A stretch of 64,000 bases of DNA from Octopus sinensis (lineage: Eukaryota): positions 12,090,001 through 12,154,000 of the forward strand of contig NC_043003.1 in the NCBI RefSeq assembly GCF_006345805.1. Reading direction: 5' to 3'. This document shows, in pieces, positions 50,670 through 63,876 of this stretch; the stretch's first letter is position 1, and each line of letters opens with the position of its first letter. The notes below the pieces were generated by a model that made no database searches, had not been told where the DNA came from, and saw only the letters and a list, made by a program, of their open reading frames with translations. The position numbers were made by a program, and so were the translations under genes.

Positions 50670-51190
50670 TTTCTATTCTAGGCACAAGGCCCAAAATTTT
50701 TGGGGAGGGGGGGCCAGTCGATTAGATTGACCCCAGTGCGCAACTAGTACCTATTTCTTTATTACCCACAAGGGGCTAAACAGAGAGGACAAACAAGGAC
50801 AGACAAATGGATTAAATCGATTATATTGACCCCAGTGCGTAACTGGTACTTATTTAATTGACTCGAATGAATGAAAGGCAAAGCCGACCTCGGCAGAATT
50901 TGAACTTAGAACGTAGTGGCAGACGAAATACCACTAAGCATTTCACCTGGTGTGCTAACATTTCTTATTTTTTATTGTCCACAAGGAGCTAAAAACATAG
51001 AGGGGACAATCAAGGACAGATAAAGGGATTAAGTTGATTACATCGATCCAGTGCGTAACTGGTACTTAATAAAGGATGAAAGGCAAAGTCAACGTTGGCG
51101 GAATTTGAACTGAGAATATAATGGCAGACAAAATACCGCTAAGCATTTCGCCCAGCGTGCTAATGTTTCTGCCAGCTCACCACCTTACAA
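50670..51190 (-). mobile_element. SINE multimer with alternative internal junctions
   Basis: Three partial units with junctions near 50750 and 50963. Confidence 0.8.
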
Positions 51191-52057
51191 AGCAAATATA
51201 TTAGCAAAATTGTGAATGAGATGTCAGTACATTTCTGATGAAGAAATGTGAAGGTGTGGATGTAATGCTAGCTTCATTACAAACTCTAACATGTGGAATG
51301 TTACTTTAGTGGAAATTCTTACTTGGTTCTTGTCTTTCTAAAGTTATTTTAGGAACAGTTTTTTGAGGCTAGAGATGTTGAACTTAGGACATGCTTTTAG
51401 GTAACAAAAAGTCTCCCTGCAATGTTATATTATAAAAAGATTATCCCTAAGAATTTATCATCATCAACCCTTGGACATTACTGTCTCAAGTCCTAAGTCA
51501 CATGGCCTAGTGGTTAGGGTGTTGCACTTCTGATTGCCAGATTGTGGGTTCAATTCCCAGACCAAGTGGCATATAGTGTTCTTGAACAAAACTCTTCATC
51601 ACTTGTTGCTCTAGTGCCACATGCCAAAGAATAGACTCGACATTTCCCCTGTGTGTCGGAAAAGTGGATAAAAGTGACTGTGGTAGGATTTGCACTCTGA
51701 CCTTGTAAAACCCTCACCAACAATGACTACCCAAATAGACCCATGGGTTCAGAAAGTTGTTACCTGAGTGGTGCAAAGGTTCCTTCCACCAAGATTAGAG
51801 AACCACCAACAGTGGATGCAGTGATGCACCGTTACAATGCATACCCCCATATTACTACTAATACTACTGCGATCATTACAACATTCTAAACAGCAGGCCA
51901 CGTGCCTTCTCCATAAGCATTTACCTGTAACTGAGATACATGTAACACTCCAATATCAGGATTATAAAGGAAATTTAAATTTTGACATAAGCTAAAAGTA
52001 GTTTGCTATCACTGAGCTAGGCCCATGGAATCAGTGTTATCTATGCATTGTTGAAGA

Positions 52058-52244
52058 GATGGTATGTTTCCAACTTAATGTGACAGTCCCATGAAAGGGA
52101 AGAATGCTACTGCTATTTAGCCCTAGGAAACACCATTTCCAGTTGGCCATGACACATTTTCTGAAATGGCGTTTCCTAGGGCTAAATAGCAGTAGCATTC
52201 TTCCCTTTCATGGGACTGCCAGATTAAGTTAGCAACATACCATC
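52058..52244. repeat. Long hairpin with about 85-bp arms and a perfect 48-bp core
   Basis: 52084-52131 is the exact reverse complement of 52171-52218; 14-bp direct repeat TCTATGCATTGTTG at 52040 and 52301. Confidence 0.92.
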
Positions 52245-53259
52245 ACTTTATTGTGCTGCTACTGTATAAATCTCTCTGAGAGATTTGGAAATGTAATATT
52301 TCTATGCATTGTTGGTTTGAAAACATGACATGCTTTTGCAAATGTAAGAACAGACCACTTCTGACTAGTTTATGGGAAACAACTCTACAATGCGAGATAT
52401 TCTCGTTATTGTAAAAATTAATTGAATGCACTGATAATTGTCTATGGTTTTGTGTGATGATAAAATACCAAAGAATGTTGTTTTACATAAATTATTTGAT
52501 AAAGATCACATGAATATTTAAACTAATAGCTAGCCTTTTATGATTAAAATAATGAATGACTTAAGTATTGTCAAACTGGATAAATTTTGTGTACTTGATT
52601 TAATAGGTTAAACATTTCTCTACCTGAATGTTACATTTATAAATATATTTCAATGTTGAGTCAAGAAGGGAGCTTCTATATGGATGAACAACCTCCTAGA
52701 AAAAGTAGCTAAAATCAACCTTATATCACACTATATTGTCTTAACAAATGGCAGACACATTCGATTAGCAATGTAGTTCCTGAAATAGGAAAGGACAAGA
52801 TTGACATGAGTGGAACACCTTTGATAATAGATCTGCTTAACTAAGGGGCTGCGTAATATTTGAATGTGAATACTTCATGTAGAATCAACATTGATTTATT
52901 TGCAATATCTTGGTTCCTAATTTTCTGCTAGTAACAATACACAGATACAACTCTAATGTAACAACATTTAATCACTGGAAATGTAATGTTCCAAATCTAA
53001 TCTACATCATATTTTTAACTAACTATATCTATCTACATAAATGTGTAAAGGTGTGTGTGTTTGAGGTTACTCTAACTCCTCCCACACTGCCCAACCAATT
53101 TTAATGATTTTTGGCACATAGGTAGATCACATGCCCTGAAGTTCAAATAAGGCTGAAATTTTTCGAAAACTCAATAATGCTCAGTTGGCATCGAGTTTTG
53201 TGAGCTCAGTTGGGCATTTTAATGGAAATTCCCATAATGATGTTATTTTTCCTGCAGCT

Positions 53260-53480
53260 TTCGCATTTTCTCACATGTATAATTTCAACAAAATTGATAG
53301 AACAGTCTCTAAAGAAATGCTTATTTACATTTGTGTCCTCTGCACCGCTGAACACATTGTTGGCTTCAAAAACTCCGCTCCATCAGCAAAACTCCGTTGC
53401 CTGCTCTGACCATTTTTCCTCCGCCTGCCACATATCTACTCATCCTGCAACAGCCTGTCGAACCAGATATATCATCTCAA
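53260..53480 (+). mobile_element. Possible decayed PLE GIY-YIG endonuclease remnant
   Basis: LIYICVLC and LRSISK..PA..F segments in different frames resemble the PLE C-terminal domain. Confidence 0.35.
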
Positions 53481-54318
53481 TTGGTAATAGTTGGCACAGG
53501 GAATGTAGAAGATTTCAATAAAAGGTCAGAGGTGGGCTTAACTTCAACATGGAAAACATGAGCAATGCTGGGTTCAGCAGCTAGTATCAACCTAAACTCA
53601 ATGTTGAAATATCTTTTGGTTAGACACAAAACTCTGAAAGGAAGCAGTTATAATGTACTGAGTTCACCTTAGCATCTTACTGGTTATTTGATAAGTCTGA
53701 AAAAGTAAAGTTAACCGTACCTTGGTTGTAAGCTTCTGGTTTAGAAGATATATTGTATCTGTGGTTGACATAAGTTTGTCATTGTCTCACCAAAGTTGAA
53801 CCCTCTCAACAGATGTAAGAATGGAAAAACTTCTTATAAAACATCCTATGCATTTGTGACAGGGCTTATAAAGAAGAAACAGGACAGCTCCTTAATATTG
53901 GTTTCAAATTTTGGCACAGGGCCTGCAATTTTAGGGGAGGAGTAAGTTGATTACATCGACCCCAGTATTCAACTCGAACTTATTTTATCAACCCCAAAAG
54001 GATGAAAGGCAAAACTGTCCTCAGTGGAATTTGAACTCAGAACACGAAGACAGATGAAATGCTGTAAGTATTTTGTCCAGTGTGCTAATAATTCTGCCAG
54101 ATTGCTACCTTAAATAATTCCTAAATATTGCCATAAAGATCATCAAGAGATGAAACAAGAACAAAGGATTAAATGTGTAACTGGTACTTTTCTAATAATA
54201 GTGGCAATGACATCCTGATGTCCCATGAACCTATCTTCTTTCCAAAGGGTTACATAATCTCTGTACTTTAAGGGTAAGCTTGAGAGGGCAGGAGATGAGC
54301 TGAGAAAACTGCATATAT

Positions 54319-54710
54319 AGGCGTCGGAGTGGCTGTGTGGTAAGTAGCTTGCTTACCAACCACATGGTTCCGGGTTCAGTCCCACTGCGTGGCACCTTGG
54401 GTAAGTGTCTTCTACTATAGCCTCAGGCCGACCAAAGCCTTGCGAGTGGATTTGGTAGACGGAAACTGAAAGAAGCCCGTTGTATATATATGTATATGTT
54501 TGTGTCTGTGTTTGTCCCCCCCCCCCACATTGCTTGACAACCGATGCTGGTGTGTTTACGTCCCTGTAACTTAGCGGTTCAGCAAAAGAGACCAATAGAA
54601 TAAATACTAAGCTTACAAAGAATAAATCCTGGGGTTGATTTGCTTGACTAAAGGCAGTGCTCCAGCATGGCCGCAGTCAAATGACTGAAATAAGTAAAAA
54701 GAGTAAAGAG
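54319..54710 (+). mobile_element. Composite SINE, full length
   Basis: Matches the 9132 copy. Confidence 0.88.
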
Positions 54711-54789
54711 AATAAACTAGCAACAGGAAACAGCTGTTGTCTCTTTCCTCAGAAAAATTATGGATCTTCATCAGTGTTCATACTCAACA

Positions 54790-55563
54790 GAGTGTAAGTT
54801 CTTTGAGAGAAAAGTTAGACCTAAGAAGCATCAGTTGTGGTGTGCAAGAGAGACGTTTGCGCTGGTATGGTCATGTGGCGAGAATGGATGAAGATAGTTG
54901 TGTGAAAAAGTGCCACACCCTAGCGGTTGAGGGAACCTGTGGAAGAGGTAGACCCAGGAAAACCTGGGACGAGGTGGTGAAGCACGACCTTCAAACTTTA
55001 GGTCTCACCAAGGAAATGACTAGAGACCGAGACCTATGGAAACATGCTGTGCATGAGAAGACCCGGCAGGACAAGTGAGGCCATAATCCTGTGGCCTGCA
55101 TCTGGGATGGAGCCAGCCCACTTATGCATTCCTTTCCTTCTTGGGACACAAAACTCCACTTGTGAAAACCTGTTGAGGCAAGTGAAGATCAAAATCAAAA
55201 TCGTAATCTATCAACATCAATGGAATTTGCATCTGTGATACCAGTGCCGGTGGCACGTAAGAGAACCATCCAAACGTGGCCGTTGCCAGCTTCATCTGGT
55301 CCCTGTGCCGGTGGCACGTAAAAAGCACCATCCGATCGTGGCTGTCTGCCAGCCCCGACTGGCACTTGTGCCGGTGGCACGTAAAAAGCACCCACTACAC
55401 TCATGGAGTGGTTGACATTAGGAAAGGCATCCAGCTGTAGAAACACTGCCAGATCAGACTGGGCCTGGTGCAGCCTTCTGGCTTCCCAGACCCCAGTTGA
55501 ACCGTCCAACCCATGCCAGCATGGAAAGCAGACGTTAAATGATGATGATGATGATGATGATGA
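54790..55563 (+). mobile_element. 5'-truncated RTE-clade LINE: ORF C-terminus, 3'UTR with hairpin-unit array, (GAT)n tail
   Basis: RRLRWYGHVARMDEDSCVKKCHTLAVEGTCGRGRPRKTWDEVVKHDL is the typical RTE C-terminal motif; stop at 55078. Confidence 0.92.
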
Positions 55564-56094
55564 TCAGACTTAGGCATGGAGGTCCATGACTCAACAACTG
55601 TAAAACAGGCATAAGAATAGAGAGAGAGAAAGAGCATATTAGGCTCATCACACTCATAAAAATTAGGTTAATTATTCAAGCAGAAGTAATTTCTATGAGT
55701 GTGTTTTGTGTGATGGCAGATACCAGCGTCATGCAAATAGCACCTGTGCTGGTGGCATGTAAAAGCACTCATGACACTCTCAGAGTGGTTGGTATTAGGA
55801 AGGGTATCCAGCCGTAGAAACTATGCCAAATCAGACTGGAGCCTGGTGCAGCCTTCCAGCTTGCCAACCCTGGTCAAACCGTCCAACCCATGCCAGCATG
55901 GACAACAGACATTAAATGACGATGACTCCAGAACAAAAACTAAAGGTCTTTAGTAGCTTTGAAGAGAGAATAATTTAAATATAATATGCAATGTGAAATT
56001 GAAATGCAAACTGAGAGTAAATGAGTTTTTAAAAAAAAGGGCTGAGTTTTAGCTGGCATATGCAAAATGATAGTTGTTATAATTATGTTATATA

Positions 56095-56255
56095 CTGTAT
56101 TTTAACATGTATAGGAAACCCCTAATTCTTTCAGCTTAAAATTTGGAAAAATGGTTTTGTAAGGGATTATAATACTATCCGTGTATAAGAAACTCCCATA
56201 TTTTTTAAATCTAATGTTTGATAAAAAAGGGTTCCTTATACATGTTAAAATACAG
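56095..56255. mobile_element. Tc1/mariner (Tc2/pogo-like) MITE with TA TSD
   Basis: TA|CTGTATTTTAACATGTATA...TATACATGTTAAAATACAG|TA. Confidence 0.8.
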
Positions 56256-56954
56256 TAATTGATAAAAAAAAAAGTTTTAACCCTTTGCCTTTCCAAATGC
56301 ATTTTTATGTATTAGTCCTAAATAACCATTCTTGTTTTCAAACTTTTAGTTAGCCTTTGTTTTGTACATTCTGAGAAATATAGAGCTTTTTTTCATAAGT
56401 CCCAAGTTACTCTGGTGTAGTTGAAAAAAAAAAAAAACAGAGAATGTGTATCATATATGATGCATCAATTCCAGGGACATATGTTCTGTATAAGTCATGT
56501 GACACACAGTCAAAGGGTTAAGTTAGGTAGAAAATAATCTGACCAAAGAAGTCTTCAGATAAGTAGAAATGATAAAGATGAACTTGTTGGAATGACTAAC
56601 AAAAAAGCTGTGTAACAAAATGTTATTTGTAGGAGTGTCTAAATTATGTAGGTGTGGACAACATTTTTCTTACCACTGAGACCAGACCAATTATCAGCAA
56701 AAAGAAACTAAAAGAAAAGAAAATGAAAGGAAAGGTTACAACAACCTCATTAGCTCTAAATGCTGTATTGGGATGGAGGTTCACTATCAATGAGGAACAG
56801 GATGTATGTTGTCAGTAAGAACAGTAGCTGTTGCACTGTGAAGAAGTCCACCTTGCCTTCACTGTGATCATCACCAGAAAGTAAAGGGAGACCTAGAAAT
56901 AGGAGCCAAGTTTTCCTCAAGTCACCTTATCTTAAAAATAGAACATGTTGGATA

Positions 56955-57530
56955 ATGTCATCATCATCATCATTGTTTAACGTATGCTTTCCATGCTAGC
57001 ATGTGTTGGACGATTTTGACTGAGGGCTGGTGAACCAAATGGCTGCACCAGGCTCTAACCTTGATTTGACAAAGTTTCTACATCTGGATGCCCTTCCTAA
57101 CGCCAACCACTCCGAGAGTATAGTGGGCGCTTTTTACATGCCACCGGCATGGGGACCAGTCAGGCGGTACTGGCAATGACCTCGCTCGAATCTTTTTACA
57201 CATGCCACCAGCACAGGTGATGTTGGTAACGATCATGCTCGAATGGTGCCCTATTACGTGCCACCGGCACAGAAGCTGGTTGGCTGCTCTGGCAACAACC
57301 ACGCTCGGATGGTGCTCTTGGCACCCTACTAACATGGGCACAAGTGCCAGTAAGGCAACGCTGGTTATGATCACACTCGAATGGTGCCTTTTATGTGCCA
57401 CTGGCACGGAAGCCGGTTAGCCGCTCTGTCAATGATCACGCTCGTATGGTGCTCTTTGCACCCCGCTAGCACAGATGCCAGTCATCGAATGTGATTTTGA
57501 TTTCATTTGCCTCAACAGGTCTTCGCAAGC
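56955..57530 (-). mobile_element. RTE 3'UTR element with six diverged hairpin units of about 55-65 bp
   Basis: Repeated GTGCCRGTGGCAC/TAAAAAGCACC units upstream of the (GAT)n-tailed end. Confidence 0.8.
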
Positions 57531-58123
57531 AGAGTTTTTAGTGTCCAAAGACGGAAAAGAAGGAAAATGTAGTTATAGATTTACTCCCAAAATGCATGAC
57601 GGTTGTGGCTGAAATGCCTTTAGTTACAGTTAAATAGGCACTAAACAATAATAAGTATTACAAGAAGAGACAGGAGAGTGGAGAACAAACATGCTGAGAC
57701 TGCTATGTGTCACCCCATTCTGTAACATTGTACTATAAACCAACAAAAGAGCTTTTTATATGGTCAGTCAACCTGCTAAAAATAGCAGCCAAATCTTTAA
57801 TCTTAAAAATAAGTGGCACATTGAATAATGGTCCAAGACACCCTATGCTTGAAAAAGAAAGTCAGGACAGCCACAGCTGGAATATTCTTTTTTAATATAG
57901 GTCTGTTCATTGAGGGCTGACCTGGAGTTAAGCAAGAGAATTTACTCCCTGATGGTATGAGCAGTGTAGTCCCAAATTGTGCATATGCATAGTATATAGG
58001 GATTTATAAATCTGTGGATTACATTTAATACCATAAATGTTTGATTAGAGCTTAGCTGAGCTGGACTAAACAACACTAACAACATAGTGATATTGATAAT
58101 TTCATGTAAATATATTATCTAAA

Positions 58124-58501
58124 CATTTAATTTATCAGTAATAACTATTAACAGAAATATTACAATATAATTTACTAATTATATTTTGAAGGAAATTTTA
58201 GGTTTTAATTTTTAAAATTTAGCAAGTAAAATTTTAATAAATAACTCAGCATTTAATTTATCAGTAATAACTATTAACAGAAATATTACAATATAATTTA
58301 CTAATTATATTTTGAAGGAAATTTTAGGTTTTAATTTTTAAAATTTAGCAAGTAAAATTTTTATAAATAACTCAGCATTTAATTTATCAGTAATAACTAT
58401 TAACAGAAATATTACAATATAATTTACTAATTATATTTTGAAGGAAATTTTAGGTTTTAATTTTTAAAATTTAGCAAGTAAAATTTTAATAAATAACTCA
58501 G
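58124..58501. repeat. 126-bp AT-rich tandem repeat, 3 near-identical copies
   Basis: CATTTAATTTATCAG at 58124, 58250 and 58376. Confidence 0.95.
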
Positions 58502-59878
58502 TATTTCTTTATTTTTTTCTCTCTTTATTCCACTTTTCCTTAGTTTGTTGTTTGCCTCTGTTTTTTTTTTATCTTTCTATCTTTCCTTTTGTTGCTTGCA
58601 TTATCTTTTTATCTTTCTATTCTTCCTTTCTCCTTCTTCTGTTCTGTCATTTATCTGTTGCTTTCATCTCTCCCATAATTACATATATTACTCTAAAAAG
58701 AAAATCCGATATCCTTAAGGTTGCCAGCAATTTCTTTTAATATGGGATTAAACAATATTTACTAATCCAACAGCTGTTGTGAATGAAACACTGTTGTCAA
58801 ATCAGTGTAAAAAGTTAATCATACTTGATAACAATAATTCAAGATTTGCTTCCAGCAAGAATCTATCTACTTCTTTTATTTTCCTTTTTCACCTGGACTC
58901 AGGCTGTCAGCTTGCTTACTCCTTTTCATTTCATTTGCTAAAAGGAAGGTTGAAAAATATTTTAATGTGAAAATATTTTTACAACAAATTAGTATGAAAA
59001 AATACTACAAAAATTAGTAGAAAATGATTGAAAAAAATAACTATTTCTAATATAAGACCTTATTTATTAATAACTGTAAATTAAAAATATCTAGAGATTT
59101 TTGGCTTGTACATTCATTATTTATCAGATTTGGTCAATTTCTGTTGCTATGTATTCAGTAACCATATAATTTCATAAGTACCAATTAGTAAGAATTTCTG
59201 GTGAGGAAGACAACATTAAAACTAGCTACAATTATTCATATAAGTGGCAGTAGTGATCCAACAAGTGGTGAAGTCTGCTACCCTTCTCTTTCCTCCTTAC
59301 TTTAATGGTCAGTTCTCAGTAGCTGTAGCTGAAGTTGTTATATATATATATATATAAAACATAATATTGTATATTCAGCTTAGAACTTCCTGCTAACTAA
59401 ATGATGTTCCCCTACCCTAGCACAGTAGTCACTTTGTTTCACCCATACCCACTCCAGGCTCATCTAAGTTCCCCCTCCTCTTCCTTCTCCTCTGTAACCT
59501 CTCATAGTTAGAAACACATGTTCCCACCAGCTAACCAAATTTGAGTATCTCCTCACACACCAGTCATTGCTCACAGGCTCTTTATTCAGTAAACAAGGAG
59601 AAACTAGGGGTCTAAGTTCAGAGCTCACAACCTAAATTCTGCCAAACAAACCAATTCTTTCATATGAGCCTTTAACCTCAGGCGAGATGATAATTAGAAT
59701 ATTTCGGCATATTCCTATGATACTTCCATTTTCATTTCTCTTCTCTTACTGTGTCATTTCGTCAAATGTTTTAAGTTTTATTTTGGGAAAAGAAAAGTTT
59801 AAATAAAAGTGTAAATAAAAAGAACATTTGGATTTTCTTGATTACCCTTTCCATTTGGGATTACATGAAATTTTAAAG

Positions 59879-59893
59879 ATGCTGCTGTACCAG
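59879..59893 (+). CDS. Candidate 15-nt micro-exon
   Basis: TTTTAAAG|ATGCTGCTGTACCAG|GTAAGA; frame-preserving, reads (D)AAVP in phase 1. Confidence 0.2.
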
Positions 59894-60399
59894 GTAAGAT
59901 TCTAAATAAATTACTTGTTACATATATATACTTTCATTCTTTATGTTAGCACTTTCTTCTGACTTTCTTCTGCTTCAATATTTAATTAAATTGAAAAGGA
60001 TGTTTTATTTTTGTTTATTTTTTAGATTCAGTAGACTTTATGGTAGCTTTAACTTTAGTCATATAATATCTCTTGATAGTATTAATTTACTTGTAGTCAG
60101 CATTTCAGGACTTGTAGCATATGTTCATAGTTGTACTTACATTTTCTGCTATTCAATTTAACTTCAAAAATGTTGTCAACTTAAAATTTTGGATACTTCA
60201 CATTTCTCCTATTTCATTTTTGAAGTATAAAATTGCTTTTGTGGATATGTTGAAGTAGTTTTAAATGATTGTGTTTTATTATTGTAGTTAACAGTTCAAA
60301 TCTGAATTTTTTAATAAGAATTGAAACTTTATGATTGTAAACTTTAAAATATAAAAAAGTTATTGTATATCTCTCTTTCTCCCTTTCTTCCTTTTTCTC

Positions 60400-60690
60400 T
60401 TTGCGCTCTCTCTCTCTCTCTCTCTCTTTCTCTCTGCTTTCTCTCTTTCTGTTCTCTCTTTCTCTCCGCTGCCTCTCTTTCTCTTTCTGCACTATCTCTT
60501 TCTCTCTGCTCTCTCTCTCTCTTTCTTTCTGCTCTCTCTCTTTCTGCACACTCTCTTTCTCTCTGCTCTCTTTTTGCTTTCTGTCTGCTCTCTCTCTCTC
60601 TCTCTTTCTCTTTGCACACTCTCTCCCTGCTCTCTATCTCTTTCTTTCTGCTCTGTCTGCTCTCTCTCTCTCTCTGCACACTCTCTCTCA

Positions 60691-60750
<60 letters not shown>
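60400..60750. repeat. Compound (CT)n microsatellite
   Basis: Direct reading; source of the SL/ER-repeat ORFs. Confidence 0.97.
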
Positions 60751-62464
60751 TCTCTACCTACTCCTGCCAAATTATATTCGAAAAATAAGCTACAACGAAC
60801 TTTGAGTGTTTTGTCTTCTTCTTCTAATGAAAGCTACACAAGGATGTTACTGTTACTTGCTGTTGACTAAAATCTAGCCAATGCTAATTTATATAGATTC
60901 TGTGGAAAACAAGACAACACTGCATGTATGTATGTAGGTATGTGTGATATAATGCTGTCATTGTTGAAAGGGAAAGCACTGATAATGTTTAAATTCATTT
61001 TTCTCAAGCAAATTCTATGTAACTTTTTTTTCTTGTCTTTTTTTTGTTTTTTAAACTTGGAATGTCATTTTGCTGTATAAACACATCTTTTGAGACTGCT
61101 TACAATCTGTATATATACTTTTTATGTGGCTATGCAAAATTCTGTACATATATACATATATACTGTCACACTTGGAAATGGTTTAAATAATTTAGTTTTA
61201 TAACATCAGATGATATATACATACATTTCATATATATGTTTGTGTATATGTATGTCTATATATGTGTTTGTATGTGATAGAAACAATTGTAGCTCTGAAA
61301 ATTCCCATCATAACCTGCCCCATTTTTATACACCCAAAAGATTAAATTGCTAGTTGGTAGGGTGTATACTACATAAAGAATGGTAAAACCATCCTGACTT
61401 GTTGATTCAGCTTCCTTCCTTTACCCTAAATTATTGTCACTTTGATTGCTATTACAGTTATGGTTTTTCTCTTTCTTATTTCTTGTTACCCTTATTACTA
61501 CTTCTTAGGTGAAGTGTCATACAGACTTTCAGTAACAGAATAATAACAGTGGCAACAGTAAATGGTGATAGTTGTGGTGATAGCTACATGTACTTAGGTT
61601 TATAAGGATTAATGTGTGTGTGTGTGTGTTATGATTAGTGCATGTTTACATGTGGTGATTATTGTGTATATGTGTGCATATCATCATCATTGTCATTAGC
61701 ACCCACTTTTCAATGCTTGCATGCCTATACACTACATCAGTGGTTCACGAAAGGTAGTATTGGCGGTTTGTGAACTAAATTCAAAATTTCATATATATAT
61801 ATATATATATATTAAAAATGGGGAAGGCCGGTTTATGGGATTAGACCCTTTATGGACAGGAAACCTAAGGTAATCCCATAAACCGGCCTTCCCCATACAA
61901 ATGATATATATATATATATACATATACACACACACACACACAAAGATAAGCATATTAAAAGGGGTCCATAGGAAAACTCATTTAAATATAAGGGTTGGGA
62001 ACCATTGAAAAGACTGGTTGCCACTGCGCTACAACATTTCTTTTGAATCCTTATGTTCTGAGTTCAAATTCTGCTGAAGTAGACTTTGCTTTTCATTCCT
62101 TCAGTACCAGTTGAGCACTGGGGTTGTGGTTGATGTAATGGATTTACTCCCTTCTCTGAAACTGCTGTCCTTGTGCAGCAATTTCAGAAACCGTTATGAA
62201 TATAAAGGTTGTGACCTGACAATTGTTGGCATGTTGAGGAAAATGCTTTGTGGCATTTCTTCAGACTTTACATTCCGAATTCAGATTCTGCTGAGATTGA
62301 ATTTGCCTTTCATAATTTCAAGGTTGATAAAATAAGTACCAGTTGGGTTGTGGGGGTTGGTGTAATTGACTAGACCCCTCCCCCAAAATTTCAGACCTTT
62401 TTCTCCTATAGTAGAAAGCATTTATTATTATTATGCAAGTATAATGTATTAATTATTATGATTT

Positions 62465-62500
<36 letters not shown>

Positions 62501-62826
62501 AGTGATTATATGCATATATATTCATATTTAGATGCTTGTCTACATGCACGAGGTCCATATATTATACATGTATGCATTCATATTCTTTTCTACTCTAGGC
62601 ACAAGGCCTGAAATTTTGTGGGAGGTGGGGGCCAGTCGATTAGATCAACCCCAGTATGCAACTGGTACTTAATTTATCAACCCCAAAAGGATGAAAGGCA
62701 AAGTCAACCTCAGTGGAATTTGAACTCAGAACGTAAAAACAGACGAAATACCACTAAGCATTTTGCCTGACATGCTAATGCTTCTGCCAGCTTGCCACCT
62801 AATGCATTCTTATATTATACATACAC

Positions 62827-63876
62827 AAAATCAAAATCAAAACAAATCAAAATAGATGAACATCAATGGAATCTGTATCTTTGTGGTACCAGTGCCGGTG
62901 GCACACACTTTGTGGTACCAGTGCCGGTGGCACACACTTTGTGGTACCAGTGCCGGTGGCACACAAGAGAACCATCTGAACGTGGCCGTAGCCAGTTCCG
63001 CATCGACTGGCCTCCGTGCTGTGGGCACGTAACAAACACCATCTGATCATGGCCGTTCGCCAGCCTCATCTGGCACCTGTGTCGGTGGCACATAAAAACA
63101 CCTTCCGAAGACCCGGCAAGACTAGTCAGTCCACCTGTGCATACCTTCCTTCTTGTGACACTTGTGAAGACCGGTTGAGGCAAGTGAAAATCAAATCAAA
63201 ATCAAAATAGACAAAATAGATGAACATCAATGGAATTTGTATCTTGTGGTACCAGTGCCTGTGGCACACAAGAAATCCATCAGTGCTGTAGTCAGTGCGG
63301 TGGGCACATGACAAACACCATCTGATCGTGGCCGTTCGCCAGCCTCATCTAGCACCTGTGTCGGTGGCACATAAAAACACCATCCGAAGACCCGGCAAGA
63401 CCAGTCAGGCCATAACCCATGGCCCCTACCTGGGACGTAGTCAGTCCACCTGTGCATACCTTCCTTCTTGTGACACTTGTGAAGACCTGTTGAGGCAAGT
63501 GAAAATCAAAACAAATCAAAATAGATGAACATCAATGGAATTTGTATCTTTGTGGTACCAGTGCCGGTGGCACGTGGCACACAAGAAAACCATCCGAACG
63601 TGGCCGTAGCCAGTACCGCATCGACTGGCCTCCGTGCTGTGGGCACGTAACAAGCACCATCCGATCGTGGCCGTCTGCCAGCCTCGTCTGGCACCTGTGT
63701 CGGTGGCACATAAAATCACCCACTACACTCTCGGAGTGGTTGGCGTTAGGAAGGGCATCCAGCTGTAGAAACACTGCCAGATCTGACTGGACTGGTGCAG
63801 CTTTCGGGCTCCCCAGACCCCAGTTGAACCGTCCAACCCATGGAAAGCGGACGTTAAATGATGATGATGATGATGA
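62827..63876 (+). repeat. Tandem triplication of an RTE 3'UTR segment (364- and 305-bp periods) ending in the (GAT)n tail; nested 29-bp x3
   Basis: AAAATAGATGAACATC at 62849, 63213 and 63518; CTTTGTGGTACCAGTGCCGGTGGCACACA at 62879, 62908 and 62937. Confidence 0.9.

Noticed and set aside
57130-57480. CRISPR-like repeat/spacer array
   Set aside because: The spacers are homologous to each other, the array lies inside an RTE 3'UTR, the context is eukaryotic and there are no cas genes.
60214-60870. SL/ER-rich ORFs up to 141 aa
   Set aside because: Translations of a (CT)n microsatellite.
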